The notes under the pieces were generated by a model. It worked only from the letters and a program-made list of their open reading frames with translations, searched no databases and had not been told where the DNA came from. A stretch of 63,356 nucleotides of DNA, the filler included, from Thermodesulfobacteriota bacterium (GTDB lineage: Bacteria > DASVDK01), in the NCBI GenBank assembly GCA_036381125.1. It is 6 parts of 6 records of this genome, joined end to end, with 100 filler letters (N's around TTAATTAATTAA, not from the genome) between each part and the next. Parts side by side here need not be neighbours in the genome. Positions count along the whole stretch, not along the records: positions 41,589 to 54,670 come from DASVDK010000333.1; positions 54,771 to 60,331 come from DASVDK010000334.1; 4 more parts are not named here. One strand, 5' to 3'. The position numbers were made by a program, and so were the translations under genes. The stretch's first letter is position 1; each line of letters begins with the position of its first letter. Shown here piece after piece: positions 47,575 through 56,776 of this stretch.

Positions 47575-49500
47575 GTGCGCATCACCGAGTTCGCGCTGCG
47601 CGGTCTTCGCCGCTTCGAAGGGGGGCGCAAGCTCGCCTTCCAGGAGGGGTACAACCTCCTCTCCGGGCCCAACGAGAGCGGCAAGACCACCTGCCTGCTC
47701 GCCCTCCTCGCCACGCTCGAGCCCGAGTGGATCGAGGGGCGCGGCGGCTCGCTCGCCCCGGAAGGGGCGCCGCACGGCCAGGCCCGCACCGGCCTCATCT
47801 TCCTGCACGAGGATCGGACCTACCGCCTCGTTCGCGACCTCGACGACGGCGCCGCCTCCCTGGGCGTCCTCGACCCCGACTCCGGGAAGTATCAGGCGAT
47901 CGGGCGTGACGCCGAGGCGGTCCGTCGCTGGCTCCACGAGTCGGCCGGGCTGCCCGGCCGACGCGCCTTCGAGACGCTCTTCTGCCTCGACCGGGCCGGC
48001 ATGCCGTCGGCCGCCGACCGGCGAGGGCTGGCGGGCGGCTTCGCCGGCCGGGGCGCCGCCGCGAGCGGCGACGGCCTCGGGGCGGTGCGCGTCGCCGCCG
48101 CCCCCGCCGCGCCGCCGAGCGGCGCGGCCAAGGAGGCACGCATCGCCGAGCTCAAGGCCGAGCTCGCCCGCATCGAGGAGATGGGGCAGGTCGAGTTCCG
48201 GCTCGACGGCGTCAAGGCCAAGCTCTTCGAGATCGAGGCCGAGTTCGGCGACATCCGCAAGCTCGACCAGATGGCGGCCGAGCTGGATCGGGCGATCGCC
48301 GAGTTCGAGGCGCTCGGCGTCGACCCCGACCAGCTCGAGGCGCGGGCGCGCGGCTTCAAGGCGCTGGCCGATCGGCGCGAGGCCGACCTCGCGGCCGTCG
48401 AGGCCGAGCGCGAGGCGCTCGAGCTGGCGGCCAACGCCCCCGTCACGCCGGTCCAGAAGGACCCGCTCGTCCTCGCGGGGGGCGGCGTTGCCGTGGCCGG
48501 GCTGGTGGGCGGGGTTTTCCTGCAAGGCCTCGCGGTCCTCGCCCTCCTCGGCCTCGGCACGGCCGTCTACGGCGCCGTCCGGGACATCCAGGCCGCCGGC
48601 AGGCGCAAGGCCGCCTTCGACGCCCTGGCCGGCCTCGACGACCGGATCCAGGCGATCGAGAAGCGCTTCGAGATCGAGACCAAGGCGGTCCGCGCCGCGC
48701 AGGAGACGCTGGCCGTGGCGGGGCCGGGCGGCGTCCTCGAGCGGGTGGAGCAGTACCGCGCCCTCAAGGAGCGCCGCGCGGCGGTTGCCGAGCGCCGGGA
48801 GGCGGTCACGCAGCAGAAGAACGTGGCCGCGCTCGAGGCCGAGCGGGAGCGCCTGACCGCCGAGGTGGCCGCGCTCGAGGAGCAGCTGCGCGGCTTCGGC
48901 GCAACGGCCGCGTTCGACGCCGGGGAGCTCAAGCGGGAGCTGGACGTGCTCGAGGGCCGCGCGGCGCCGGCGCCGGCCGCCCTGGACGACGCCGTCGGCC
49001 TCGGCATCGAGGGCGACCCCTTCGACGGGGGGCGGGGCGGCGGCGGGCCGTCGCCGCTCTCGGCGGCGCTCGATGCCTGGCTCGACGCGGCGGCGCGCAT
49101 CCTGCCCAACTCCCGCGAGGGGATCGCCCGCGAGCTGCTGCTCCGGGTCCAGCCGATGGTCGGGCCGCTCACGGCCAATCTCTACCGGAGCCTCGCGTTC
49201 GACGGGGACGGACGACTCGTCGCGGTCGCCGCCGACGGGCGTGCGCGTCCGGTCGCCGACGCCTCTGCCGGGACCCAGGACGTCCTCTACTTCGCGCTGC
49301 GCCTCGCCGGTCACACGATGGTGGTCCGCGAGCGAGCCTTCCCGCTCCTGCTCGACGACCCGCTCGGCGCGCTCGACGACTCCCGGCTGCCGGTGGCCTG
49401 CCGGGCGCTCAAGGCGGCCGCGCGCAGCGGGCAGATCATCCACACGACCGTCCGCCGTCGCCCTCCCGCGCTCGCCGACGCCGTGCAGAGCCTCGCGTAG
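47575..49500 (+). CDS. SMC/Rad50-like (YhaN/AAA_27) coiled-coil ATPase with internal TM hairpin
   Basis: Walker A GPNESGKTT, long coiled coils, signature ASAGTQD..ALRLA, Walker B LLLDDP. Confidence 0.82.
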   Translation: MRITEFALRGLRRFEGGRKLAFQEGYNLLSGPNESGKTTCLLALLATLEPEWIEGRGGSLAPEGAPHGQARTGLIFLHEDRTYRLVRDLDDGAASLGVLDPDSGKYQAIGRDAEAVRRWLHESAGLPGRRAFETLFCLDRAGMPSAADRRGLAGGFAGRGAAASGDGLGAVRVAAAPAAPPSGAAKEARIAELKAELARIEEMGQVEFRLDGVKAKLFEIEAEFGDIRKLDQMAAELDRAIAEFEALGVDPDQLEARARGFKALADRREADLAAVEAEREALELAANAPVTPVQKDPLVLAGGGVAVAGLVGGVFLQGLAVLALLGLGTAVYGAVRDIQAAGRRKAAFDALAGLDDRIQAIEKRFEIETKAVRAAQETLAVAGPGGVLERVEQYRALKERRAAVAERREAVTQQKNVAALEAERERLTAEVAALEEQLRGFGATAAFDAGELKRELDVLEGRAAPAPAALDDAVGLGIEGDPFDGGRGGGGPSPLSAALDAWLDAAARILPNSREGIARELLLRVQPMVGPLTANLYRSLAFDGDGRLVAVAADGRARPVADASAGTQDVLYFALRLAGHTMVVRERAFPLLLDDPLGALDDSRLPVACRALKAAARSGQIIHTTVRRRPPALADAVQSLA

Positions 49501-49572
49501 GCGAGGCGCGCTGGCCCGCGGCGGCGGCGACGCGGTATACCTCAATGCCGAGAAGAGACGGCGCGGCCGCCG

Positions 49573-50463
49573 TTGCCCGAGGAGCGCGCTGCGGCGCCGG
49601 CAGGCGCCGCCGAGGCGGCCGCGCCACCGGTAGTGGGGGGCGGGGCGGAGCCCCGCGGAGCGGAGGCCGGGTTCATCCCGGCCGGAGCGGACGGCGGCGC
49701 GGCCGCCGTTGATGGAACGGACGGAGGCCGCGAGCCGGTGGTGGAAAGCGGCTGGCTGCCGTGTGCGGGGCGGGTGCGGGGGCGTCTGGCCTTCGAGCGG
49801 GAGGCCTATGCCTCCGGCTGGTTGCGCGTCGCGGGGGTGGACGAGGCCGGCAGGGGGCCGCTCGCCGGCCCCGTCGTGGCGGCGGCCGTCGTGCTGCCGC
49901 CGGGCGCGCGCCTGCCCGGGGTGACCGACTCGAAGCAGCTCGACCCGGCCACGCGCGAGCGCCTCTTCGCCCGCGTCGAGGCGCGGGCGCTCGCGCTCGG
50001 CGTCGGCATCGTCGGCCCCGAGGAGATCGACCGGATCAACATCCTCAGGGCGTCGCTGCGGGCCATGTCGCTCGCGCTGGCCGCGCTCGCCTGCCCGCGG
50101 ACGGGGGCTCCCCTCGAGCCGGACTACGTGCTCGTCGACGGCATCGTCCCGGTCCCCGGGGTGGCGCGCCAGCGGACCATCCCGCAGGGCGACGCGCGGT
50201 CGCTCAGCATCGGGGCCGCGTCGATCGTGGCCAAGGTCACGCGCGACCGGCTCATGGAGGCGCTCGACCGGGAGCACCCGGGCTACGGCTTCGCCCGGCA
50301 CAAGGGCTACCCGACGCCCGAGCACCTCGACGCCATCCGCCGGAAGGGGGTCCTGCCGATTCATCGGCGCACGTTCCGCGGCGTCCGCGAGCACTGCCCG
50401 GAATGGACGGCCCGCCGGGCCGACGAGCCGGTGCAGCCGGCGCTCTGGGGGGGCGAGGATTGA
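49573..50463 (+). CDS. rnhB: ribonuclease HII (the true start may lie downstream, ~49772)
   Basis: GVDEAGRGPLAGPV, DSKQL, AASIVAKVTRD, HKGYPT, HRRTF. Confidence 0.95.
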   Translation: MPEERAAAPAGAAEAAAPPVVGGGAEPRGAEAGFIPAGADGGAAAVDGTDGGREPVVESGWLPCAGRVRGRLAFEREAYASGWLRVAGVDEAGRGPLAGPVVAAAVVLPPGARLPGVTDSKQLDPATRERLFARVEARALALGVGIVGPEEIDRINILRASLRAMSLALAALACPRTGAPLEPDYVLVDGIVPVPGVARQRTIPQGDARSLSIGAASIVAKVTRDRLMEALDREHPGYGFARHKGYPTPEHLDAIRRKGVLPIHRRTFRGVREHCPEWTARRADEPVQPALWGGED

Positions 50464-50855
50464 CGCAGGCGCGCCTGGCGAGGGGCCGGCGGGGCGAGGC
50501 GCTCGCGGCGGCCTACCTGGCGGCCGCGGGCTACCGCATCGTCGACCGGAACCCCCGCAGCGGCGGGGGCGAGATCGACCTCGTGGCCGAGGCGGGGGGC
50601 GTCGTGGTGTTCGTCGAGGTGCGTTGCCGCGCGTCGACGCGGTTCGGTGGGGCCGCGGGCTCGGTCACGCGCGAGAAGCAGGCGCGCCTGACGCGCGCGG
50701 CCGACGGGTATCTCGCGGCGCGAGGTTGGACCGAGCGGCCCGCCCGCTTCGACGTCGTGGCCGTGGAGGGTCCCCTCGGCGCCGAGCGGATCACGCTGAT
50801 CGCCGACGCGTTCGAGGCGGTCCCGCTCGAGTCCGCGCCGAGGCGTTGGCGGTAG
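50460..50855 (+). CDS. yraN: YraN/UPF0102 family endonuclease-like protein
   Basis: GRRGEALA, GEIDLV, FVEVR, RFDVV; TTGA overlap. Confidence 0.9.
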   Translation: MTQARLARGRRGEALAAAYLAAAGYRIVDRNPRSGGGEIDLVAEAGGVVVFVEVRCRASTRFGGAAGSVTREKQARLTRAADGYLAARGWTERPARFDVVAVEGPLGAERITLIADAFEAVPLESAPRRWR

Positions 50856-50865
50856 GGGAGAAGCG

Positions 50866-51189
50866 ATGAGCGACGACCTGGTGATGGTGGAGTGCCCGAC
50901 CTGCGGCCGCCCCGGGGCGCTGCCGGTGAACAACCCGGCCGCCCGGACGCCGACGCGCGCCGATCACACCCGCTTCGTCCTCCTGCCGCCGCGCTACACC
51001 GTCCAGCAGGGAAGCTGCGACGCCTGCCCGCAGATGATCACCCTCAAGGCCACGTGCCACGGGAAGTACTTCTGCCGCAAGTGCAGCGAGGCGCCCTGCG
51101 ACTGCACGCGCACGACGCCCGAGCCCGAGGAGGGGGCGACGGACCGGCCGGCGCCGACGCGTCCGGGCCTCCGGGTGGTCAAGAAGTAG
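50866..51189 (+). CDS. hypothetical Cys-rich, probably metal-binding protein
   Basis: GGGGAG RBS; CPTC, CDAC, TCH, CRKC, CDC. Confidence 0.65.
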   Translation: MSDDLVMVECPTCGRPGALPVNNPAARTPTRADHTRFVLLPPRYTVQQGSCDACPQMITLKATCHGKYFCRKCSEAPCDCTRTTPEPEEGATDRPAPTRPGLRVVKK

Positions 51190-51808
51190 CCGGCCGGGCG
51201 GCGGGCCGCTTCCGCCCGCCGGCGCGCGCGCGCCGGGCGAAGGCCGCCGCCTTCATCCGGTTGCCGCAGACCGCCATGCTGCACCAGCGCCGGCGGCCGG
51301 TGCGCGACGTGTCCAGGAAGTAGAGGACGCAGGCCGGGTGGCCGCAGCGACGCACGCGCGCCCGCTCTCCCGCCTCGATCACCTCCGCGGCCGCCCGGGC
51401 GATCCCCACCAGAGCCGACTCCGGGCCCTCGCGCCGCGGGACCACCCGCCGTCGGAACCCGCGGCCGGACGGCACGAGCGCCTCGCGCCCCTCGCCGACC
51501 GCGAGCGCCCCGTTCACCACCTCGATCCACTCCGGCGCGAGGGCGCGCCCCTCCGCGCGCGCGCCGAAGATCGCGCGCAGCGCCTCCCGCAGCCCCCTGG
51601 CGGCGGCGAGGGCGCCTGCCGCGCCCCTCGGGTCGGCCTCGGCCATCGCCCGAAGCCGCCGCGCCTCCTGCCGCGTCGCGCCGCCGGCGGCGACGAGGAA
51701 CGCGATCAGGTCCTCGTAGCGGCGCAGGGTGTCGCCTGCGCCGTCCGGGGAGACCACGGTGTTCGCGAAGTCGACGGCGAGGTGATTGCCGGACAGGTAG
51801 AAGCGCAT
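51179..51808 (-). CDS. CGNR zinc finger / ABATE domain protein (putative regulator)
   Basis: LAVDFANT, RRCGHPAC..FLDTSR..RRWCSMAVCGNR. Confidence 0.92.
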   Translation of the reverse strand: MRFYLSGNHLAVDFANTVVSPDGAGDTLRRYEDLIAFLVAAGGATRQEARRLRAMAEADPRGAAGALAAARGLREALRAIFGARAEGRALAPEWIEVVNGALAVGEGREALVPSGRGFRRRVVPRREGPESALVGIARAAAEVIEAGERARVRRCGHPACVLYFLDTSRTGRRRWCSMAVCGNRMKAAAFARRARAGGRKRPAARPATS

Positions 51809-51858
51809 GGCGCGGATGGTAGCGCGCGGCCGCTCGCGCGACGGACGCGGCGGCCGAT

Positions 51859-51905
51859 CTAACCTGTATAGTCTATTTGACAGGTTAGTACCGGCGAGCT
51901 AGCGT
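51859..51905 (+). promoter_or_regulatory. palindromic operator overlapping the promoter of the VOC gene
   Basis: CTAACCTGT-N12-ACAGGTTAG (51859-51888); TTGACA(51877)-N17-TAGCGT(51900). Confidence 0.75.
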
Positions 51906-51970
51906 GCTCCGCACGAGCCGGCCGGGTAGCCGGCCGCGAGCGGCCCGAGGGCCGCGCAGGGGGTGTTCAC

Positions 51971-52435
51971 ATGAGCGACAGCGGAGCGCAGCGCCCCGTG
52001 CTTCGGACCGGGCACGTGGGGCTCAACGTCACCAATCTCGAGCGGTCGACCGCGTTCTACAGGACGGTCTTCGGCTTCGAGGTCGTCGACCAGTCGACGG
52101 AAGCGGGCCGCCGGTTCGCGTTCCTGGGCGACGGGCGGACGGTGGTGCTGACCCTCTGGGAGCAGAGCGACGGTCGCTTCGACGCCGCGCGGCCCGGGCT
52201 GCACCACCTGTCGTTCCAGGCCCCGACGGTCGAGGAGGTGCGGGAAGCCGAGGCGCGGTTGCGGGCCCTCGGCGCCCGCTTCCGGTACGACGGCATCGTC
52301 GCGCACCGCGAGGGGGCGTCGTCCGGCGGCATCTTCTTCGAGGACCCCGACGGCACGCGTCTCGAGATCTACGCGCCGGCCGGCGTCGCCGCGGAGGCCC
52401 CCGTGGCGGGAAGCCCGACCTGCGGCTTCTTCTAG
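51971..52435 (+). CDS. VOC/glyoxalase family protein
   Basis: GHVGLNV, GLHHLSF, FFEDPDGTRLE; ends PTCGFF. Confidence 0.9.
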   Translation: MSDSGAQRPVLRTGHVGLNVTNLERSTAFYRTVFGFEVVDQSTEAGRRFAFLGDGRTVVLTLWEQSDGRFDAARPGLHHLSFQAPTVEEVREAEARLRALGARFRYDGIVAHREGASSGGIFFEDPDGTRLEIYAPAGVAAEAPVAGSPTCGFF

Positions 52436-52505
52436 GGCGGATCGCGGTGGAGTAAGGCAGGGCCTGACCCCGCGGACCCCGGGGGCCGCGAGCGAGAGGA
52501 GTCCG

Positions 52506-53462
52506 ATGCCTTCCGCCTACCACGCCGGACAGCTCGAGGTGCAGGCGCGCGCCGGGGTGCGCGCCCGGGCGCGGCAGCTCGCCGGGATCGTCCGGCCCGT
52601 CATCCCGCCGGTCGCGCAGGCGTTCCTGCGCGACCGGCGGGTCGTGTTCCTCGGAAGCGTCGAGCCGAACGGCCGGGTCTGGGCGTCGGCGCTGGCCGGC
52701 CCGCCAGGGTTCGCGCGCGCCGAGGACGAGCGCACGGTCCGGATCGACGCAAGCCCCGCGCCGGGCGACCCGCTCCTCGACGACGTGCGGGCAACCGGCC
52801 GGCTCGGCATGCTCGCGATCGAGTTCGCCGCCAGGCGCCGCATGCGGCTCGGCGGCCCGGCGCGCGTGGACGGCGAGGGAGGGCTCGTGCTCGAGACCGA
52901 GCGGGTCCTCGCGAACTGCCCGAAGTACATCCAGGCGCGCGACCTGGACGCCGAGGCGGCGGCACGCCGGGACTCGACCCCGAGCCCCCGGCGCGCCCCG
53001 GCCCTCTCCGACCGCCAGCGCGCCTGGATCGAAGGAGCCGACACCTTCTTCGTCGCCACGGCGCCGCCCGACGGCGGGGCCGACGTCTCGCACCGCGGCG
53101 GGCGGCCCGGCTTCGTACGGGTCGAGGGGCCGACCCGCGTGGTCTTCCCCGACTACCCGGGCAACAACATGTTCCTCACGCTCGGGAACATCACGGCGAA
53201 TCCCCGGGCGGGGCTCCTGTTCCTCGACTTCGAGGCCGGGGGGACGCTGCAGGTGACGGGACGAGCCCGCGTGAACTGGGACCCGGCGGCGGCTGCGGCG
53301 TTCCCGGGGGCGCAGCGCCTGGTCGAGTTCGACGTCGAGGAGGCGCTGGAGAGCGCGCTCCCCCGGCCGCTGCGGTGGCGGTTCCTCGGGTACTCGCCGT
53401 TCGACCCCGATCCGCCGCACGTCGCCTCGACCGGCGAGTCGGCCGATGGGCCGTCCGGGTGA
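52506..53462 (+). CDS. pyridoxamine 5'-phosphate oxidase-like FMN-binding protein (tandem domains)
   Basis: YHAGQLEVQ, NCPKYIQ, DVSHRGG.PGFV, PDYPGNNMF.TLGN. Confidence 0.88.
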   Translation: MPSAYHAGQLEVQARAGVRARARQLAGIVRPVIPPVAQAFLRDRRVVFLGSVEPNGRVWASALAGPPGFARAEDERTVRIDASPAPGDPLLDDVRATGRLGMLAIEFAARRRMRLGGPARVDGEGGLVLETERVLANCPKYIQARDLDAEAAARRDSTPSPRRAPALSDRQRAWIEGADTFFVATAPPDGGADVSHRGGRPGFVRVEGPTRVVFPDYPGNNMFLTLGNITANPRAGLLFLDFEAGGTLQVTGRARVNWDPAAAAAFPGAQRLVEFDVEEALESALPRPLRWRFLGYSPFDPDPPHVASTGESADGPSG

Positions 53463-53514
53463 GCTCGAGATCGCCGACGCCGGCGGAAAATGGAAAGACC
53501 TGACCCCGCCGGCC

Positions 53515-54549
53515 CTAACCGAAGAACACCTCGGCGATCCGGAAGGTCTCCGGGTCGACGAGCTTGAGCTCGGCGGTCGCCTCGGAGAGCGGGACCGACA
53601 CGATCCGGTTGCCGCGGAGGGCGGCCATCATGCCCCACTCGCCGCGCTGCACCATCTCGACCGCGTGGACCCCGTACCGGGTGGCGAGGATGCGGTCGTA
53701 CGCGGTGGGGGTCCCTCCGCGCTGCACGTGGCCGAGGATGGTCACGCGCGTCTCGTAGCCGGTCCGCTTCTCGATCTCCTCGCCGACGTAGTTGCCGACC
53801 CCGCCGAGCCGTACGTGGCCGAAGGCGTCGGTCTCCTTCGAGGCGGTCGTCGCCTGCCCGGGCGCCTCCTTCGGCGTCGCCCCTTCGGCCACCACGACGA
53901 TGGAGAAGTTCTTGCCTCGCGCGTGGCGCCGCGTGATCAGGGCGCAGACCTCGTCGAGGTCGAACGGCCGCTCGGGGATCAGGATGACGTCGGCGCCGCC
54001 GGCGATGCCCGAGTACGTCGCGATCCAGCCGGCGTGCCGCCCCATGACCTCGACGACCATGACCCGGTTGTGCGCCTCGGCCGTCGTGTGGAGGCGATCG
54101 ATCGCCTCGGTGACGATCGCAACCGCGGTGTCGAAGCCGAAGGTCACGTCGGTCCCGCCGAGGTCGTTGTCGATCGTCTTGGGCACGCCGACCACCCGGT
54201 AGCCCTTCTCGTGAAGCCTGCGCGCCACCCCGAGCGTGTCCTCGCCGCCGATGGCGACGAGCGCGTCGAGCGAGAGCTCCTTCCAGTTCCGGTAGAGGGC
54301 CTCCTCGTGCTCCGGCCGCTTGAAGGGGTTCGTCCGCGAGGTCCCCAGGATCGTGCCGCCCCGGGGGAGGATGCCGCTCACCGCATCGAGGGTGAGCTTC
54401 TCGTGCTTCCGGTCGATCAGCCCCCGCCAGCCGCCCTTGAGGCCCATGACGTCGTAGCCGAGCTGCTCGGCGCGGCGCACGACGGCCCGGATGACCGCGT
54501 TCAACCCCGGGCAGTCCCCGCCACCCGTCAAGACCCCGATCTTCGTCAT
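53515..54549 (-). CDS. pfkA: 6-phosphofructokinase (group III; PPi-type signature)
   Basis: LTGGGDCPGLN, GGEDT, PKTIDND, EVMGR, LGHVQRGG. Confidence 0.93.
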   Translation of the reverse strand: MTKIGVLTGGGDCPGLNAVIRAVVRRAEQLGYDVMGLKGGWRGLIDRKHEKLTLDAVSGILPRGGTILGTSRTNPFKRPEHEEALYRNWKELSLDALVAIGGEDTLGVARRLHEKGYRVVGVPKTIDNDLGGTDVTFGFDTAVAIVTEAIDRLHTTAEAHNRVMVVEVMGRHAGWIATYSGIAGGADVILIPERPFDLDEVCALITRRHARGKNFSIVVVAEGATPKEAPGQATTASKETDAFGHVRLGGVGNYVGEEIEKRTGYETRVTILGHVQRGGTPTAYDRILATRYGVHAVEMVQRGEWGMMAALRGNRIVSVPLSEATAELKLVDPETFRIAEVFFG

Positions 54550-54587
54550 GCGTCTGCTCGCTCCGTGTGCAGGATTGCCCAACGGGC

Positions 54588-54617
54588 AGGCTAGCAACGG
54601 CATTCCGGGGGTGTCAA
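54588..54617 (-). promoter_or_regulatory. putative pfk promoter
   Basis: minus strand TTGACA-N18-TAGCCT. Confidence 0.55.
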
Positions 54618-54627
54618 TCGGGAGCGC

Positions 54628-54657
54628 TTTACATCGGGTCGCTCGGCGTGTTATAAA
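54628..54657 (+). promoter_or_regulatory. divergent promoter for a gene beyond the contig end
   Basis: TTTACA-N18-TATAAA with TG extension. Confidence 0.5.
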
Positions 54658-54670
54658 CTATCGAAATTCA

Positions 54671-54770
54671 NNNNNNNNNNNNNNNNNNNNNNNNNNNNNN
54701 NNNNNNNNNNNNNNTTAATTAATTAANNNNNNNNNNNNNNNNNNNNNNNNNNNNNNNNNNNNNNNNNNNN
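54671..54770. other. artificial contig linker
   Basis: N44-TTAATTAATTAA-N44. Confidence 0.99.
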
Positions 54771-55710
54771 CCGCCCCGGCGGGCTGATAGACGCAGAGCG
54801 TGCCGAGCCGCTCGCCGCCGATGGCCACCGGCAGCTCGAGCGCGAGGGCCGCCGGCGCCGGCCGCGGGAGCACGCCCCGGGCGACTGCCCCCGCCGCGAC
54901 CGGCTCGACCTGCCGGGCCGCGAAGTCGAGCGGCGAGCCGCCCTCGAGGCGCAGCGCGACGCGGGCCACCCCCATCCGATCGGCCGCGCCGCCGAGGAGC
55001 TGGTCGAGGACCCCGTCGAGGCTGAGCGAGGAGAGCACCGCGTCGTCGATCAGGCGCGGCAGCGGCGCCGCGGCGTCGGGGGCCCCGGCCGGCGGCGGGG
55101 GCGTCCGGCCTGTCGGCGGCGTGGGCGCGGCCGGGGCGTCCGATGGTCGAGGGGCGGCCGTGCGGGCCGCCACGCGCGCGGCCGCGGCCACCGCGGCGAG
55201 CGCGGCGGCGAGGACGAGCGTCTGTCCGATCGCGGGCCCGGCGTCGGCGCCGGCCAGTCGGCCGGCGAGCCACGGGACGAGGGCCGTGGCGGCGACCAGG
55301 GCGCCGGGCAAGAGCCCCCCGCCGTACGCGCCGACGAAGGCCGCGACGACGAAGGTGAAGTAGAGCATCGGGCTCGCGGCGCCGCCGGTGAGCGCCGCCG
55401 CCCAGGCGATCAGGGCATCGACCGGCGGGACCACGGCGAGGAACCAGCGCGGGTCGAAGCGGCTCCAGGGGAACGTGAGGACGAAGACGCCGGTCGAGAC
55501 CGCGAGCATCACCACCGCCACGATGCCGCGAGGGTGGCCGCTCGACAGGCCGCCGACGTGGAAGGCGAGCGCCACCGCGAACGCGCCGAGCACGATCGCC
55601 GTGCCGCAGAGCCGCCTGAGCGCCTCGTGCCGCGCATCGGCGGCCGCATCGGTCTCGAACGCCCCCGGGAGCCCCGCCGCAGGCCCATCCTTCCGCGGTG
55701 TCGCGAGCAA
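54771..55710 (-). CDS. multi-TM sensor protein with the start of a GAF-like domain, 3'-truncated; start uncertain
   Basis: about 5 hydrophobic helices with TGGAASP, then SLSLDGVL...LPVAIGGERLGTLCVY. Confidence 0.6.
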
Positions 55711-55925
55711 GAGCGCCTCGTGCCTCCACGGCCCGCACGCCCGGCGCGGACTGCCGGGGCGTCAGGGCCCGATTCCATGCGCTGCGTGACGCCGGGCGGT
55801 GGAGGCGCGATCCTATCCTCGGGCTGCCGAGAGAGCAAGCCATTCTTTCGCGGCGCGCGTGGCGCACGCGAGGCGCACGCGGCGACGGAGCCGGCAGGGC
55901 TGGCGGTCGAGAAGCAGAGGAGAGG

Positions 55926-56002
55926 TGGCGCGCCCGGCAGGACTCGAACCTGCTACCCGCGGCTTAGAAGGCCGCCGCTCTATCCAGATGAGCTACGGGC
56001 GC
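55926..56002 (-). tRNA. tRNA-Arg (anticodon TCT)
   Basis: GCGCCCGTAGCTCATCTGGATAGAGCGGCGGCCTTCTAAGCCGCGGGTAGCAGGTTCGAGTCCTGCCGGGCGCGCCA: cloverleaf, TTCGA T-loop, encoded CCA. Confidence 0.96.
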
Positions 56003-56096
56003 ATGCGCCATTCCTAGCGGTTTCACGGCCTCTGCGTCAAGTCACGCCCCACTCATGTCTTGACATGGGTCTCGTGACATTATTAGCCTAACCATC

Positions 56097-56483
56097 GTGC
56101 CCCGGACCGCCAACGACAGCGACGTCCTCTGCGTCGAGGACGACCCGGACATCGCGCGCATTCTCCAGCTCATGATCGAGGCGACGCCCGGACGGCGCGC
56201 GCTCGTCGCTCGCGACGGCGCCTCCGCGCTGAAGCTGCTCGATCGCGGCGACGTCGGTCTCGCCCTCGTCGACCTGGGCCTTCCCGATCTCGACGGCGTC
56301 GACCTCGTACGCGAGATCCACCGCCGTGCGCCGCAGACGCGCATCGTCGTCATCACCGCCTACCACGAGCGCCGCGGGGAGGCGATCGCCGCGGGCGCCA
56401 GCGCCTTCCTCGGCAAGCCCTTCGACCCCGAGCAGATCGTCGCGCTCGTGGAGCGTCACGAGCGCAACGGCATGGACCACTAG
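56097..56483 (+). CDS. single-domain response regulator (CheY-like)
   Basis: VEDD, VDLGLP, ITAY, KPF. Confidence 0.88.
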   Translation: MPRTANDSDVLCVEDDPDIARILQLMIEATPGRRALVARDGASALKLLDRGDVGLALVDLGLPDLDGVDLVREIHRRAPQTRIVVITAYHERRGEAIAAGASAFLGKPFDPEQIVALVERHERNGMDH

Positions 56484-56776
56484 CCGCCGCCTGCTCGATC
56501 CCGCCCGCCGGTCCGCCGTCCTCGACTGCCGAGCCGCCACGGGGCGGGCGGCCCGGCGCAGTTGCCTGGCTCGATCTCGCTGTGCTGGTGCGCTCGGCGT
56601 CCGAGCCGTCAAGCGGCGGCCGGCCCGGCGCAGGTAGCCGGCGCGATCACGCACGACGGACAGTTCTGCCCGGCTCGGGCCGCGGCCGCTTGACGGCCCC
56701 GTGACCCCTGCCTACGATGGCCGCGACCGGAAGCCGGGGCGCGCGCCGCGCGCCGCGCTGACGAGAGGAAGGCCCT

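Noticed and set aside
55926-56002. tRNA as an integration site for a genomic island
   Set aside because: No duplicated tRNA 3' end and no integrase in the contig
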